Assembly: GCA_965203325.1 (NCBI GenBank)
Contig: OZ241875.1
Coordinates: 4,000,001 to 4,064,000 of the forward strand
Direction: 5' to 3'
From: a bacterium
GTDB taxonomy: Bacteria > UBA8248
DNA: 64,000 nucleotides
Program-made: the position numbers and the translations under genes
The notes under the pieces: model-generated
Database searches by the model: none
The model's input: the letters and a program-made list of their open reading frames with translations, nothing else
What the model was told of the DNA's origin: nothing
Shown: positions 48,135-57,929 of the stretch, one piece after another
Layout of the letters: each line of letters begins with the position of its first letter
Numbering within the stretch: the stretch's first letter is position 1

Positions 48135-49019
48135 CTAGAAGTGGTTGTCTACGATGTCCTCGAGCACTTTGGCGTCGAAAGAGTTGACCTTGCTGAAGAT
48201 GGTCGAGACGGCGGCTTCCATGGGGTCGAACTGCGCCGCCATGCGCGCCCAGTCGATGAGGCGCCGGGTGCTGAACGTGCAGAACACCTTTTCGTTCTGC
48301 ATGGCCTCGCGCACGTCGTGGCCCACGCGCACCATGCGCTTGATGAGCTCTTCATCATTGTTGCCGCTCTGCTGCATGATGACCTCGACTTCCGCGTCGA
48401 ACGGCAGGTAGTCCATCTTCACGGTAACCGGGAAGCGGTCCAGAAGCGCCTCGTTCAGGGGCTTGGTGCCGCCGTATCTGCGGTCCTCGTGCGGGTTCAT
48501 GCTGGCGAAAAGCCTGAAGTTCGGATGCGGCTTGACGATGCGGCCGTCGTATTCCGACAAGACGATCATGCGGTCGTCGTCGAGCAGGCTGTGCAGGCAA
48601 AAGGCGATTTCGGGCAGGCACGCGTTGATCTCGTCGATGAGCAGCCAGTCGCCCGACTGCATGGCGTCGACCAGAATGCCGTTCACCCAGTAGGTGCCCT
48701 GTTCGTTGATCATCAGCTTGCCCACGAACTCGTCGACCGTGGTCATGCCGTTCAGGTTCACGCGCCGGAAGCCGTTGTTCGTCATGTGGGCGAGGTGGCG
48801 CACCGAGAGAGTCTTGCCGACGCCGGTCTCCCCGACGAGGAGAGCGGGGAGGTTCCTGCTCACCGCCCATGCGATGCGCTCGAGCGCGTCTCCCGCCGCC
48901 AGATAGAATTGCGCCGGGGGAACGAAGGAGTTCCCGTTCGTCTCGTTGATGGGGATTTCGCTGCGCCCGATCCGGTAGGTTCCGTTTTTCACCGTTTCGG
49001 TCAAGATTTCGGTAGTCAA
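48135..49019 (-). CDS. MoxR-type AAA+ ATPase (CbbQ/NorQ/CobS-like)
   Basis: GETGVGKT, LLIDEIN, HPNFRLFASMNP, LNEALLDRF, STRRL. Confidence 0.88.
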   Translation of the reverse strand: MTTEILTETVKNGTYRIGRSEIPINETNGNSFVPPAQFYLAAGDALERIAWAVSRNLPALLVGETGVGKTLSVRHLAHMTNNGFRRVNLNGMTTVDEFVGKLMINEQGTYWVNGILVDAMQSGDWLLIDEINACLPEIAFCLHSLLDDDRMIVLSEYDGRIVKPHPNFRLFASMNPHEDRRYGGTKPLNEALLDRFPVTVKMDYLPFDAEVEVIMQQSGNNDEELIKRMVRVGHDVREAMQNEKVFCTFSTRRLIDWARMAAQFDPMEAAVSTIFSKVNSFDAKVLEDIVDNHF

Positions 49020-49870
49020 TTCGCATACTCCATGGCTGAAACGCCGAACAGAAACATCATGATGGCCTCGAGCGCGCCACCTCCGATGGCGCGCGATTTA
49101 TCCGATATCGTATGGCAATGGGCGGGCTCGGCCCTCGGGTCGACGTCGCCCACCTTGAAGCCGGCAGGCACCTCGATGCCGTCTCTCAGCAGCCCCCGTA
49201 AAACGCCGTCGATGGCGGAGGTCACTTCCGCGCCGTCCACGCGGGCGACGGCCTCTCCCGCCCGCACCATGTCGCCTATCCCGGCGATGGAGGTGAATAC
49301 GCCTGCTTTGGGCGCACGCAGCAGCCGTTCGGTGGTGTAGCCGCCGATGGGGCCCGGAACGCCGGTGTTCGGTTTCGCGCCGCCTTCCAGTATGACCCTT
49401 CCCAGATCGTGTCCCCGGGAGGTCTCGACCACGGCGTGGCAATCGACGCCCGCCGTGAAGCCCGGCCCGAGGCCGACGACGACCTCCGCGTCGTCGATGC
49501 GCGTGCCGAGGTTTCGCTTCGCGAGAATCGCATCGACCACGACGGCGGGCCGGAGGTGATCGATCACCTCGGCTTGCGGGTCCACCATTACCGGAATCGA
49601 ACCCGCCTCCAGAATGGCGCGCGCTCTCTGTGCTTTCTCCGCTGGTGTCTTGCCGTCCGCCCGGGCGGAGATCAGGCCCTCCACTCTCCACTCATCCGCA
49701 TACAGACACTCGGCGAACGAGACGGTGCGCCTCACCATCGTGGGGTTTTCGATTTCGGTGATCGCGACCGGAAAACCCGCGCGGTGCAGGCGGTGCGACA
49801 CGCCGGTGGCGAGGTCGCCGCCTCCTTTGACGAGTACGAGCGTCTCGGTGATCGACTTGCGGCTGCTCAT
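49016..49870 (-). CDS. yqeB: Selenium-dependent molybdenum hydroxylase system protein YqeB
   Basis: VKGGGDLATG, VRRTVSF, VDAILAKRN, GLGPGF.AG, ET.RGH.LG, KVGDVDPR, SDKSRAIGG. Confidence 0.9.
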   Translation of the reverse strand: MSSRKSITETLVLVKGGGDLATGVSHRLHRAGFPVAITEIENPTMVRRTVSFAECLYADEWRVEGLISARADGKTPAEKAQRARAILEAGSIPVMVDPQAEVIDHLRPAVVVDAILAKRNLGTRIDDAEVVVGLGPGFTAGVDCHAVVETSRGHDLGRVILEGGAKPNTGVPGPIGGYTTERLLRAPKAGVFTSIAGIGDMVRAGEAVARVDGAEVTSAIDGVLRGLLRDGIEVPAGFKVGDVDPRAEPAHCHTISDKSRAIGGGALEAIMMFLFGVSAMEYAN

Positions 49871-49875
49871 CGCAT

Positions 49876-50268
49876 CTAGTCTTCCACGAAGGCGATCGCG
49901 TCGATCTCGATGATCCACTCGGGTTTCGCCAGGCCGCTCACGACCAGGAGCGTGCTCGCCGGGTACGGCTCGTTGAAGTAGGTCTGCCGCACCTCCATGC
50001 ATCCCGGGACATTCGCAGAGTCGGTGATATAGACGGTCAGGCGGATGATGTCCGCCATCCCGGCGCCCGCCGCTTCGAGCGCGGCCTTGATGTTCTCGTA
50101 CACCTGCCGGGTCTGGCCCCTGATGTCGTCTCCCCCGACGGTGTTCCCATCCACGTCGACCGCCACTTGGCCCGCCAGCATGATGAGATGTCCGTTCGAT
50201 ACCTTCCAGCCGGTGGAATAAGCGGCGACCGGTTTCACCTTGTCGGAGTTGATCTGTTGTTTCGCCAT
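49876..50268 (-). CDS. RidA (YjgF/YER057c) family protein
   Basis: YS, LAGQV, QTRQVYENI, PASTLL.V.GL, IEIDAIA. Confidence 0.88.
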   Translation of the reverse strand: MAKQQINSDKVKPVAAYSTGWKVSNGHLIMLAGQVAVDVDGNTVGGDDIRGQTRQVYENIKAALEAAGAGMADIIRLTVYITDSANVPGCMEVRQTYFNEPYPASTLLVVSGLAKPEWIIEIDAIAFVED

Positions 50269-50361
50269 TGGGTTCTCCCTCCCGCATCTCATCAGAAAAG
50301 AATGGTCATCTTCCCCGGAAACGGAAATCTAGCACGGGGCCGAACACGAGGCAACGCGAAC

Positions 50362-50792
50362 GGGGTTGTTGAAAAACCCCCCGCCGGGGGAGCCGCCTTT
50401 GCCTCCCTGAAAAGGGCTTGTTGAAAAATCCGGTTACGGCAGCGGGCTTCGCAGAAGGCCTGATGTCCTCATCCTGAGTAGGCGCGCAAGCGCCGTATCG
50501 AAGGATGGGGTGCATCTCTCCGGCGGGCGCGAACTTCGCCCTTCGACAGGCTCAGGACAGGCCCCTTCGATACGCGGCTTCGCCGCTACTCAGGGTGAGG
50601 CGAACGGCGGCACTGCTCGGGGCGGAGGGGCTTTTTTTAACAACCCTGAGAAGGGGGGACAGGGCGGGGATGCCTTTCAAGGCGAGAGTGGCAAGGGGGA
50701 TGCTTTTCAAGTCGAGGAGAGCGAGTGAAGCATGATTCACTCCGAACTCCCCAACTCCCCTCGTCGAACCCCCACCCCCCTTGTCAGGGGGC
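50362..50792. mobile_element. MITE-like element (50362-50646) with family-E repeats inside, followed by a family-A arm
   Basis: GGGGTTGTTGAAAAA...TTTTTAACAACCC; inner CCTGAGTAGG...TATCGAAGG and CCCTTCGATACGCGGCTTCGCCGCTACTCAGGGTGAG. Confidence 0.65.
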
Positions 50793-50952
50793 TTTTTTAG
50801 TGGCCCCGAGAGAGTGCGATTTTTCGTGAAATCGGATTTTTCGTGTGGTAGATTCTGACTGAAAATCATGACTGGAACCACCAAACCGCAGTGTGGCATG
50901 CGAATGAATTGCATGTTTCACCGAGCGGACGAGGAGAGGACCCGTGGGGAAA

Positions 50953-51543
50953 ATGCCAAAGTACGAGATAAGCGAAGTTCTAGCGAAAGTCATGGGGCGA
51001 TTTTGGTGTCACGGCTATTCTGCGACATCGATCAGAGATCTCGAGGTGGCGACGGGTCTCTTTCGAGGCAGTTTATACCACGCATTCGGCGATAAGCGTG
51101 AGATGTTCGTCCAGGCGCTCCACCATTACGACCAGCTCTATCGCAAAGCTCCCATCGAGGAACTCGAAAAGCATCCCTCGCCACGCGAGGCGGTGCTGGC
51201 CGTTTTCGAAACCGCCGCCTCCGTCGCGGTGGAGGATGGTTTGCAAAACGGCTGTCTCGAAGTCAACGCCGCCCTGGAGCTTGGGGCGCACGACGAGGGG
51301 GTGGCTTCTTTCATTGCCGACGCTTTCGCCGGCATGTCGAAGTTCTTTTTCGCTTCTATCGAGCGGGGGCAGGCGCATGGGGAGATTTGCCCCGAAGTTG
51401 CTCCGGAGCAAACGGCGAAATCTCTACTCAGTCTGTTCCTCGGTCTGAGGGTGCTGTCGTGCGTTTCTCCCGACCGGAGCTTTCTGGAATCCGTCGTCGA
51501 ACAGGCGAAAGCCCTCTTGCCGCCGCCTACCCCTGCTTCGTAG
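50953..51543 (+). CDS. TetR/AcrR family transcriptional regulator
   Basis: FW.HGYSATSI.DL...TGL.RGSLYHAFGDK, NGCL.VN. Confidence 0.88.
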   Translation: MPKYEISEVLAKVMGRFWCHGYSATSIRDLEVATGLFRGSLYHAFGDKREMFVQALHHYDQLYRKAPIEELEKHPSPREAVLAVFETAASVAVEDGLQNGCLEVNAALELGAHDEGVASFIADAFAGMSKFFFASIERGQAHGEICPEVAPEQTAKSLLSLFLGLRVLSCVSPDRSFLESVVEQAKALLPPPTPAS

Positions 51544-51590
51544 GCTTCGGGACAAGAGCAGACATCGGTTTCGCGTATCCAAAACCTCCC

Positions 51591-52670
51591 TCAACCACCA
51601 ATATCGATCTTCCGCGTGACGGAGCGCGTGGGGCCGAAGGTGGGCATGTAGCACGAATGCTTGCCGGCGCCGCCCGCCACGATGAGGAGCAAATCGTTCG
51701 GCTCGTCCAGAAGCGGGAGCTCGAAATCATCGTCGTCTTCGTGTTCGGCTATTTCCTCGCCCCATGTCTGCATCCCCCACATGGCGCCGCGCTTTAGCTG
51801 GCGCACGGGCTTACGGGCGAGTTCGAAAATCCTCCCCTTCACGTCCGCTTTCGTGAGGCCGTCTCCCGCGATGGTCGCCGCGTGCTCGGGGCCCAAGGCG
51901 AGAACCGGTTCTCCGCGCAGATAGAAGTTGTTGCTCCCCATGATGGACATCGTATCGGCGGCGGTGGCGAGAATCCCCTCCGCCGTGTGGCTCACGTGGT
52001 CGTTGATGTTGTGGGGTCCCTCGCAGCCCACGAGCGTCACGGCGCTCTCATCGGGAGAAAGGCCGCGCTCGACGTGCAGCGGCTCCCACGGGGAGGCCGA
52101 CTCGTTCTCGGCGATGCAGAACGCGTATTTCGCGGGCGAGCCTTGCGTGGCGCGGTCCAGGACGCCGGGGCTCGCGCCGCCCACGTTCAGGAGCGTCAGG
52201 CGCATCGCGCGGCCGATCGTCGCGTTCGCCCGGTTGCCGGGGGCGAAGCACCCGTACTCGGCGTTGAGACCGATTTCCTCGACGATGGGGCCGTTGACGA
52301 TGATGAGGGGCGCCACCGGATGGGTCGTCGCCTGAATCGCGTGGAGCGAGAATTCGGGTTCGAGCACCGCCCGGGCAGCCGCCTCCAGAACGGGCATGTA
52401 CGAAGGATGGCAGCCGGCCATCACGGCGTTCACGGCGAGAACTTCCACCGTGATGACGCCCTGGCGAGGCGGCATGAGGCCGATTTCCGCATCGGACGCG
52501 AGGCCTGCGCCCTCCAACATCCGGGCGACGCGCTCGGGCGTGGGGGGAACGACGGGCAGGCCGTCGCCCCAGCCTCTCGCTTCCAGGAGGCGCGCCATCG
52601 CCTCGGGCGTGTCGCGCACCTTCACGCGCTCGCTCTCGAACATCAGATTTTCCTGGGAGTGGTCGTTCAC
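51591..52670 (-). CDS. Conserved partner protein of UGSC (seleno)proteins, function unknown
   Basis: GWGDGLPVVPPT, AVNAVMAGC, IVNGP, RANATIGRA, ENE..SPW, IVAGG.GKHS. Confidence 0.75.
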   Translation of the reverse strand: MNDHSQENLMFESERVKVRDTPEAMARLLEARGWGDGLPVVPPTPERVARMLEGAGLASDAEIGLMPPRQGVITVEVLAVNAVMAGCHPSYMPVLEAAARAVLEPEFSLHAIQATTHPVAPLIIVNGPIVEEIGLNAEYGCFAPGNRANATIGRAMRLTLLNVGGASPGVLDRATQGSPAKYAFCIAENESASPWEPLHVERGLSPDESAVTLVGCEGPHNINDHVSHTAEGILATAADTMSIMGSNNFYLRGEPVLALGPEHAATIAGDGLTKADVKGRIFELARKPVRQLKRGAMWGMQTWGEEIAEHEDDDDFELPLLDEPNDLLLIVAGGAGKHSCYMPTFGPTRSVTRKIDIGG

Positions 52671-52682
52671 ATCGAAGCCCGC

Positions 52683-53291
52683 CTATGCGAAGAGCGCCTT
52701 GTGGCGCACGGTCTTGCGTGGCGGGACGTATTCGCGCTCGCGGTATTCTTGTCTGAGCGACTCCGCATCGCTCGTGAGGATGCGCCGCACCTCCTCCACC
52801 GCGCCGTCGCCCAGGGCGCGCGCTTGTTCGGGCGCGATGCCGCCGACCGGATGCGCCACGACGACTATCGGGAGGCCGGGCATTCCCAGCGCCGTTCTCT
52901 CGTTCGCGCCCAGGGCCGAAAATTCACTCGAGCAGAACGTGGCCGTCGGAACGCCCGCTTTTTCCATCTCCACCGAGTCATGGATACTCCATGACGTGCA
53001 GCTCCCTCAGTCGCCCACCGCGCAGACGGCGACGTCCACCTGTTCGAGGAATTCCTCGAGGCGATCCTCGGGCAGGGTGGGGTTCGGCTTCCCCCAACGG
53101 ACGACGTGCAGCGTCTCGTCTTCTTGCGCGAACAGCTCTTCGATCCGCTCGAGCAGGACGTCGGCGTTGGGCTTGTTGTTGTGGAAAAAACCGACTTTGA
53201 GACCCCCCAGGTCTTCGGGACGCTCCGCCAGGGGGTGGTCGCCCGCGCGGACGAAGGAGGTGGGTTGTAAGATTTCAATCGTCTGGCTCAT
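52683..53291 (-). CDS. UGSC-family selenoprotein (Sec at TGA 53007-53009)
   Basis: Track ORFs 53007-53291 and 52683-52973 are in frame: ...VCAVGD-[TGA]-GSCTSWSIHDSVEMEKAGVPT, giving a UxxC motif; NNKPNAD upstream. Confidence 0.9.
52977..52995 (-). promoter_or_regulatory. Putative bacterial SECIS hairpin
   Basis: On the mRNA strand, GUCAUGGA-GUA-UCCAUGAC is a perfect 8-bp stem starting 11 nt after the UGA. Confidence 0.7.
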
Positions 53292-53319
53292 CTCGAATCT
53301 CCGTAATGGGGATGTTGGA

Positions 53320-54485
53320 CTACAAACTCAATAAATTCTGGGCGATGACCATGCGCTGTATCTGGTTGGTTCCCTCGATGATCTGCAACTGCTTCGCGTC
53401 CCTCATGAACCGCTCGAGCGGATGGTCTTTCATGTAACCCGCGCCGCCGAGCACCTGAACCCCGTCCACGGCGGCCTTCATGGCGGCGTCGGTGGCGTAG
53501 CATTTCGCGGCGCAGATGAAATGCACGTGTTCTTTCCGGTAGCGGCCATTATCCACCATCGAGGCGGCGCGGTAAACGAGCAGACGGGCCGCCTCGGTTT
53601 CCATGAACATGTCGGCGAGCATGAACTGCACCGCCTGGTGCTGCGCGATGGGTTTGCCGAAGGCCTCGCGCTCCCTGGCGTAGTTCGAGGTGTAATCGAG
53701 ACACCCCTGCGCCAGACCCACGCCGCGCGCGCCGATGACGGGCCGCGCCTGGTTGAAGCCGAGCATGGCCGTCTTGAAGCCGAGGCCGCGCTCGCCGATC
53801 ATGTTCTCATATGGCACGCGCGCATCTTCCAGGAACACCTCACAGGTCGGAATGCCCCGCATCCCTTCTTCCGCTCATGACGCCCCACGCGGAACTCTCC
53901 CCTGGGAACGATGAAGAACGATATGCCCTTCGCCCCCAATTCGGGTTCGGTCTTCGCCGCCACGGTGATGAAATCCGCGACGCTCGAACCCGTGCAGTAG
54001 CATTTCTGGCCGTTGATGACCCACGAATCGCCGTCCCGGACCGCCCTTGTCGATATGTTCGCGGCGTCGGAACCCGCGTGCGGCTCGGTGAGCGAGAAGG
54101 CGGGCCGCAAATCGCCCCGGGCGACGCCTCCGAGATAGGTTTTTTTCTGTTCCTCGCTTCCGCCGATGGCGACGGGCCGCGTGGCGAGCAGGTGGACGGA
54201 GAAGAAAAGAGGGGAGTTCGAGCAAAAGCGCGCCATCTGCTCGATGGCGACACAGGTTTCGAGTATTCCCAGACCCGCTCCACCATAGGCTTCGGGAACG
54301 TAGAGGCCGAGCAGATCGTGGGATTTCAAGAGCTGAAAGATGTCTTCAGGGTATTCGTTGTTCTCGTCGACCGCAGCGGCGCGCGGCGCAATGTGGCGTC
54401 GGCTCAGTTCATACACCGTCTCGGCCAGCATCCGCTGGGATTCGTCAAGTTCGAACGCTCCCCCGGTATCCACCTTTCCCGTCAC
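53320..54485 (-). pseudogene. Acyl-CoA dehydrogenase with a -1 frameshift near 53863-53868
   Basis: Reads HERK-AAGGG-MRG where the adjacent paralog has HERK-ATGGGG-MRG; both halves otherwise intact. Confidence 0.8.
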
Positions 54486-54498
54486 CCCCGGATTGCCC

Positions 54499-55671
54499 CT
54501 AGAGGCCGAGCAGGTTCCGGGCGATGATCATCCGCTGTATCTGGCTCGTTCCCTCGACGATCTGGATTTGCTTGGCGTCGCGCATGAACCGCTCGAGCGG
54601 GTGGTCCTTCATGTAGCCCGCCCCGCCGAGGACCTGGATGCTGTCTATCGCGCACTTCATCGCCATGTCGGCCGCGTAGGTCTTGGCCGTCGAGAAATAC
54701 CTGGCGTTCTCCTTGCCGATCCGGCCGGCGTCCACCATCGCCGCCGCGCGGTAGACGAGCAGCCGCGCCGCCTCGATGTCCATGAACATGTCGGCGAGCA
54801 TGAACTGCACCGCCTGGTGCTGCGCGATGGGCTTGCCGAACGCCTCGCGCTCCTTGGCGTAATTGGCCGCGTAGTCGAGACACCCCTGCGCGAGACCCAC
54901 CGCGCGCGAGCCGATGGCCGGCCGCATCTGGTTGAAGCCTACCATCGCGGTCTTGAAGCCCGCGTTCAACTCGCCCACCTGGTTCTCGAGCGGGACGGCC
55001 ACGTTGTCCAAGTTGAGCATGCAGGTGGCGACCCCCCGCATCCCCATCTTGCGCTCGTGCTTGGCGATGCTGAAGCCCGGCGCGTCGGTGGGCACGATGT
55101 AGTAGGTGATCCCGCGCGTGCCCGCGTGGGGGTCGGTCTTGGCTGCGACGGTGATGAAGTCCGCCTTGTCAGGCCCCGTGCAGAAGCACTTCGTGCCGTT
55201 GATGACCCACTCATCACCCTCCTTGACGGCGCGCGTGCGGATGTTGCCGGCGTCTGAACCCGCGTGGGGTTCGGTGAGCGCGTAGGAGCCCCTGAGTTCG
55301 CCTTTCGCGAGGCCCGTCATGTAGTGGTCTTTCTGCTCCTGCGTGCCGCTTAAGTCGATGACGCGGCTCGAGAGCATGTTGAGCACGATGAACAGCGGCG
55401 AATTCGAGCAGACGCGCGCGATCTCCTCGATGGCGACGCACCCGCCCAGAAAGCCCATGCCGCCGCCCCCGTATTCTTCGGGGAAGAAGATGCCGAGCAG
55501 GCCGTATTCCTTTTGCAACTGGTAGATGTCCTCGGGGTATTCCTCGTTCTCGTCGATGTCGGCGGCCCGCGGGGCGATGTAGCGCTCCGAGAGTTCGCGC
55601 ACCGTCTGTCGGAGCATCTTCTGGGTTTCGTCGAGGTCGAATTGCAGCGTGGTTTCCGTTTGCAGGCTCAT
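54499..55671 (-). CDS. Acyl-CoA dehydrogenase
   Basis: YALTEPHAGSD, WVINGTK, REAFGKPI, QVLGGAGY, IVEGTSQIQR. Confidence 0.93.
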   Translation of the reverse strand: MSLQTETTLQFDLDETQKMLRQTVRELSERYIAPRAADIDENEEYPEDIYQLQKEYGLLGIFFPEEYGGGGMGFLGGCVAIEEIARVCSNSPLFIVLNMLSSRVIDLSGTQEQKDHYMTGLAKGELRGSYALTEPHAGSDAGNIRTRAVKEGDEWVINGTKCFCTGPDKADFITVAAKTDPHAGTRGITYYIVPTDAPGFSIAKHERKMGMRGVATCMLNLDNVAVPLENQVGELNAGFKTAMVGFNQMRPAIGSRAVGLAQGCLDYAANYAKEREAFGKPIAQHQAVQFMLADMFMDIEAARLLVYRAAAMVDAGRIGKENARYFSTAKTYAADMAMKCAIDSIQVLGGAGYMKDHPLERFMRDAKQIQIVEGTSQIQRMIIARNLLGL

Positions 55672-55795
55672 TTCATGGCTCCAGCGGTTTGATTTTAGAT
55701 GGGAATGCGATAGGCAAGTTGATAAAAACCTTATAAAAATTGTCCAATCAATAAGTTATGAGGCAAAATTGAAACAATTCCATTAAATATATGCA

Positions 55796-56056
55796 CTAAC
55801 GGTAGATGTCTTTACGGTGCCCGATGTCGAGAATGGTGATTATAGAGCCGCCCTCAAGAGCATACAAAATCCGGTAATCCCCCGAACGTATCCTGTATAC
55901 ATCCCTCGAAATCCCGCGAACTCTCGTCCCTCCATGCGTCTCGCTATCCGCCAATCTGTCAATCCTGTTCCTTATCTGTCGCTTCAGTTTTTTGGTCGGG
56001 AGTTTTTCGAGGGCATGTATCGCCCTGTCCGTATACCGAATTTCGGACGGATTCAC
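55796..56056 (-). CDS. relE: RelE/ParE family toxin
   Basis: YRIRSGDYRILY...ILDIGHRKDIYR. Confidence 0.88.
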   Translation of the reverse strand: MNPSEIRYTDRAIHALEKLPTKKLKRQIRNRIDRLADSETHGGTRVRGISRDVYRIRSGDYRILYALEGGSIITILDIGHRKDIYR

Positions 56057-56235
56057 TACTCGGTGATGCGATCAAGGGTCTCGGTTAATTCTTGTCCCGA
56101 TACGAGTTTCTCACGCCCTTTTTCGATATCTCTCAGGATTTTCTCGGCCATTTCGGCGTCGACGGCGTCTTCGAACTCTCCGGTTTCCTCGTGGTCCGCG
56201 ACATCTTCCAGATTTTTCGCGACGTTCCGACCCAT
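56056..56235 (-). CDS. Acidic antitoxin of the RelE pair
   Basis: Short acidic ORF (EFEDAVDAEMAEKIL) whose TAG overlaps the toxin GTG. Confidence 0.7.
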   Translation of the reverse strand: MGRNVAKNLEDVADHEETGEFEDAVDAEMAEKILRDIEKGREKLVSGQELTETLDRITE

Positions 56236-56442
56236 CTCGTTTCTCCTTGTCCATGGGTATTCGCAATATAATTTCACGCTTTCGCTTTGTCAATTTTGCA
56301 TTGATTTACACGAGAGGCATTTCATCCCTCTCGCAGCGATTGCGCCTCAACGCTTACGGGGGAATAATGTCCCGGATCCAATTTAGTTCGCTTAGGCGTT
56401 CGCCGAACCTCTCGACGTGCGCCCCGTTTCGATGGAGGAGTT

Positions 56443-57615
56443 TTGCGCATGGACCTCGTCATACGCGGCGGATACGTCATAGACCCCTCACAGGGTCTGG
56501 AGGGGACGATGGACGTTGAGATCGCGCGCGGCCGCGTGCGGCAGGTCGCTCCCCACATCGAGCCGAATGGCAGACAGACGCTGAACGCGCGGGGGAAAAT
56601 CGTCACCCCCGGCCTGGTCGACCTCCACTGCCATTTTTATGAGGGTTTTACGCACTACGGCGTGAATCTGGAAGCGGCCATGCTCTCGCGCGGGGTGACG
56701 ACGGCGGTGGACACCGGAAGCGCCGGCGCGCAGACGTACCCGGGTTTCCAGGAATGGTTCCTGGAGAAGGCGCGCCCGACGGTGCGCGCTTACTTGAACA
56801 TCTCTGAAGGCGGGTTGTTGATAGACGGTCTGGGCGAGAACATCGACATGCGCGCGCTGCGCGTGGACAGGGCGGTGGATTGCTACCGGAAGCACCGGAA
56901 ATACTTGATCGGGATGAAGGTGCGCTTAAGCAAGAACGTGGTGGAGCGAAGCGGCACGAAACCCCTGGACGCGGCGCTCGAAGCGGCGGAGTCTCTGAAA
57001 GTGCCCCTTATGGTGCACGTGGGCGACACGCCCTCTTCATTGCCGAGCATCCTGAAGCGTCTCCGCCCAGGCGACGTGCTCACGCACGCGTTTCACGGCC
57101 GCAGCGAGAACATACTCGACAGGCGGGGCCGGGTGCGCCGCGCGGTGTGGGAGGCGCGGGATTCGGGCGTGCTGCTCGACGTGGCGCACGGGCGATCGAG
57201 CTTCAGTTTCGAGATCATGGAGCGGGCCATGGCCCAGGGTCTGATGCCCGGAAACCTGAGCACCGACCTCCATACGCACTGCATCCACGGCCCGGTGTAT
57301 GATTTTCCCAGTCTCATGAGCAAGTTTCTGGCCTTAGGACTCCCTCTCGCCGAAGTGGTGCGGCTCAGCACGCAGACGGCCGCCGAGTGGATCGGCCTCA
57401 AGGGGAAAGTGGGGACGCTCCAAAAAGGCGCGAGAGGCGACGTCGCCGTGTTCCGGGTGAAGGAAGGCCGGTTCGTATTCGAGGACAGCATGGGGGCGCG
57501 GCGCACGGGGAGGCGGATGCTCGAGGCGACGCACGTGGTCCTGGGGGGCAGGCTGCTCAGGCCGTCCGGGAAAGAGCGGCGTAGACTCACCGAGGTATCG
57601 GTAAAACAGAAATAA
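56443..57615 (+). CDS. Amidohydrolase/deacetylase family metallohydrolase (dihydroorotase-like)
   Basis: PGLVDLHCH, GVTTAVDTGSAG, GMKVR, MVHVG, GDVLTH, DVAHG, STDLH. Confidence 0.85.
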   Translation: MRMDLVIRGGYVIDPSQGLEGTMDVEIARGRVRQVAPHIEPNGRQTLNARGKIVTPGLVDLHCHFYEGFTHYGVNLEAAMLSRGVTTAVDTGSAGAQTYPGFQEWFLEKARPTVRAYLNISEGGLLIDGLGENIDMRALRVDRAVDCYRKHRKYLIGMKVRLSKNVVERSGTKPLDAALEAAESLKVPLMVHVGDTPSSLPSILKRLRPGDVLTHAFHGRSENILDRRGRVRRAVWEARDSGVLLDVAHGRSSFSFEIMERAMAQGLMPGNLSTDLHTHCIHGPVYDFPSLMSKFLALGLPLAEVVRLSTQTAAEWIGLKGKVGTLQKGARGDVAVFRVKEGRFVFEDSMGARRTGRRMLEATHVVLGGRLLRPSGKERRRLTEVSVKQK

Positions 57616-57637
57616 TCTGAAATTCCGGTGCCGGGGG

Positions 57638-57666
57638 TTGACTCCCCGGCTTGGCAGGATTATTTT
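57638..57666 (+). promoter_or_regulatory. Possible sigma70 promoter for aroF
   Basis: TTGACT-N17-TATTTT. Confidence 0.35.
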
Positions 57667-57929
57667 ACGGCCTTGTTTTTCAGGGGAATAAAACTTTTTT
57701 TGAAAATCCAGAGGCAAGCAGAATGCGGACGACGACAAGATATTTTGGCGGATATCGCTTTTTCGGCTTTATCCCCGTCCGTCCGCGCGCCGTGATGTAG
57801 CAAACAAACGGCGGCGGGCGGACAGCCCGGCCGCCACGGACAATCGAGAAACACTCGCCGTGGGAAGCCTCACGGCGATTTTTTTTGAAGCTTGCGCTGA
57901 AAATTTCAAGAGGGAAAAGGAGATTTATC

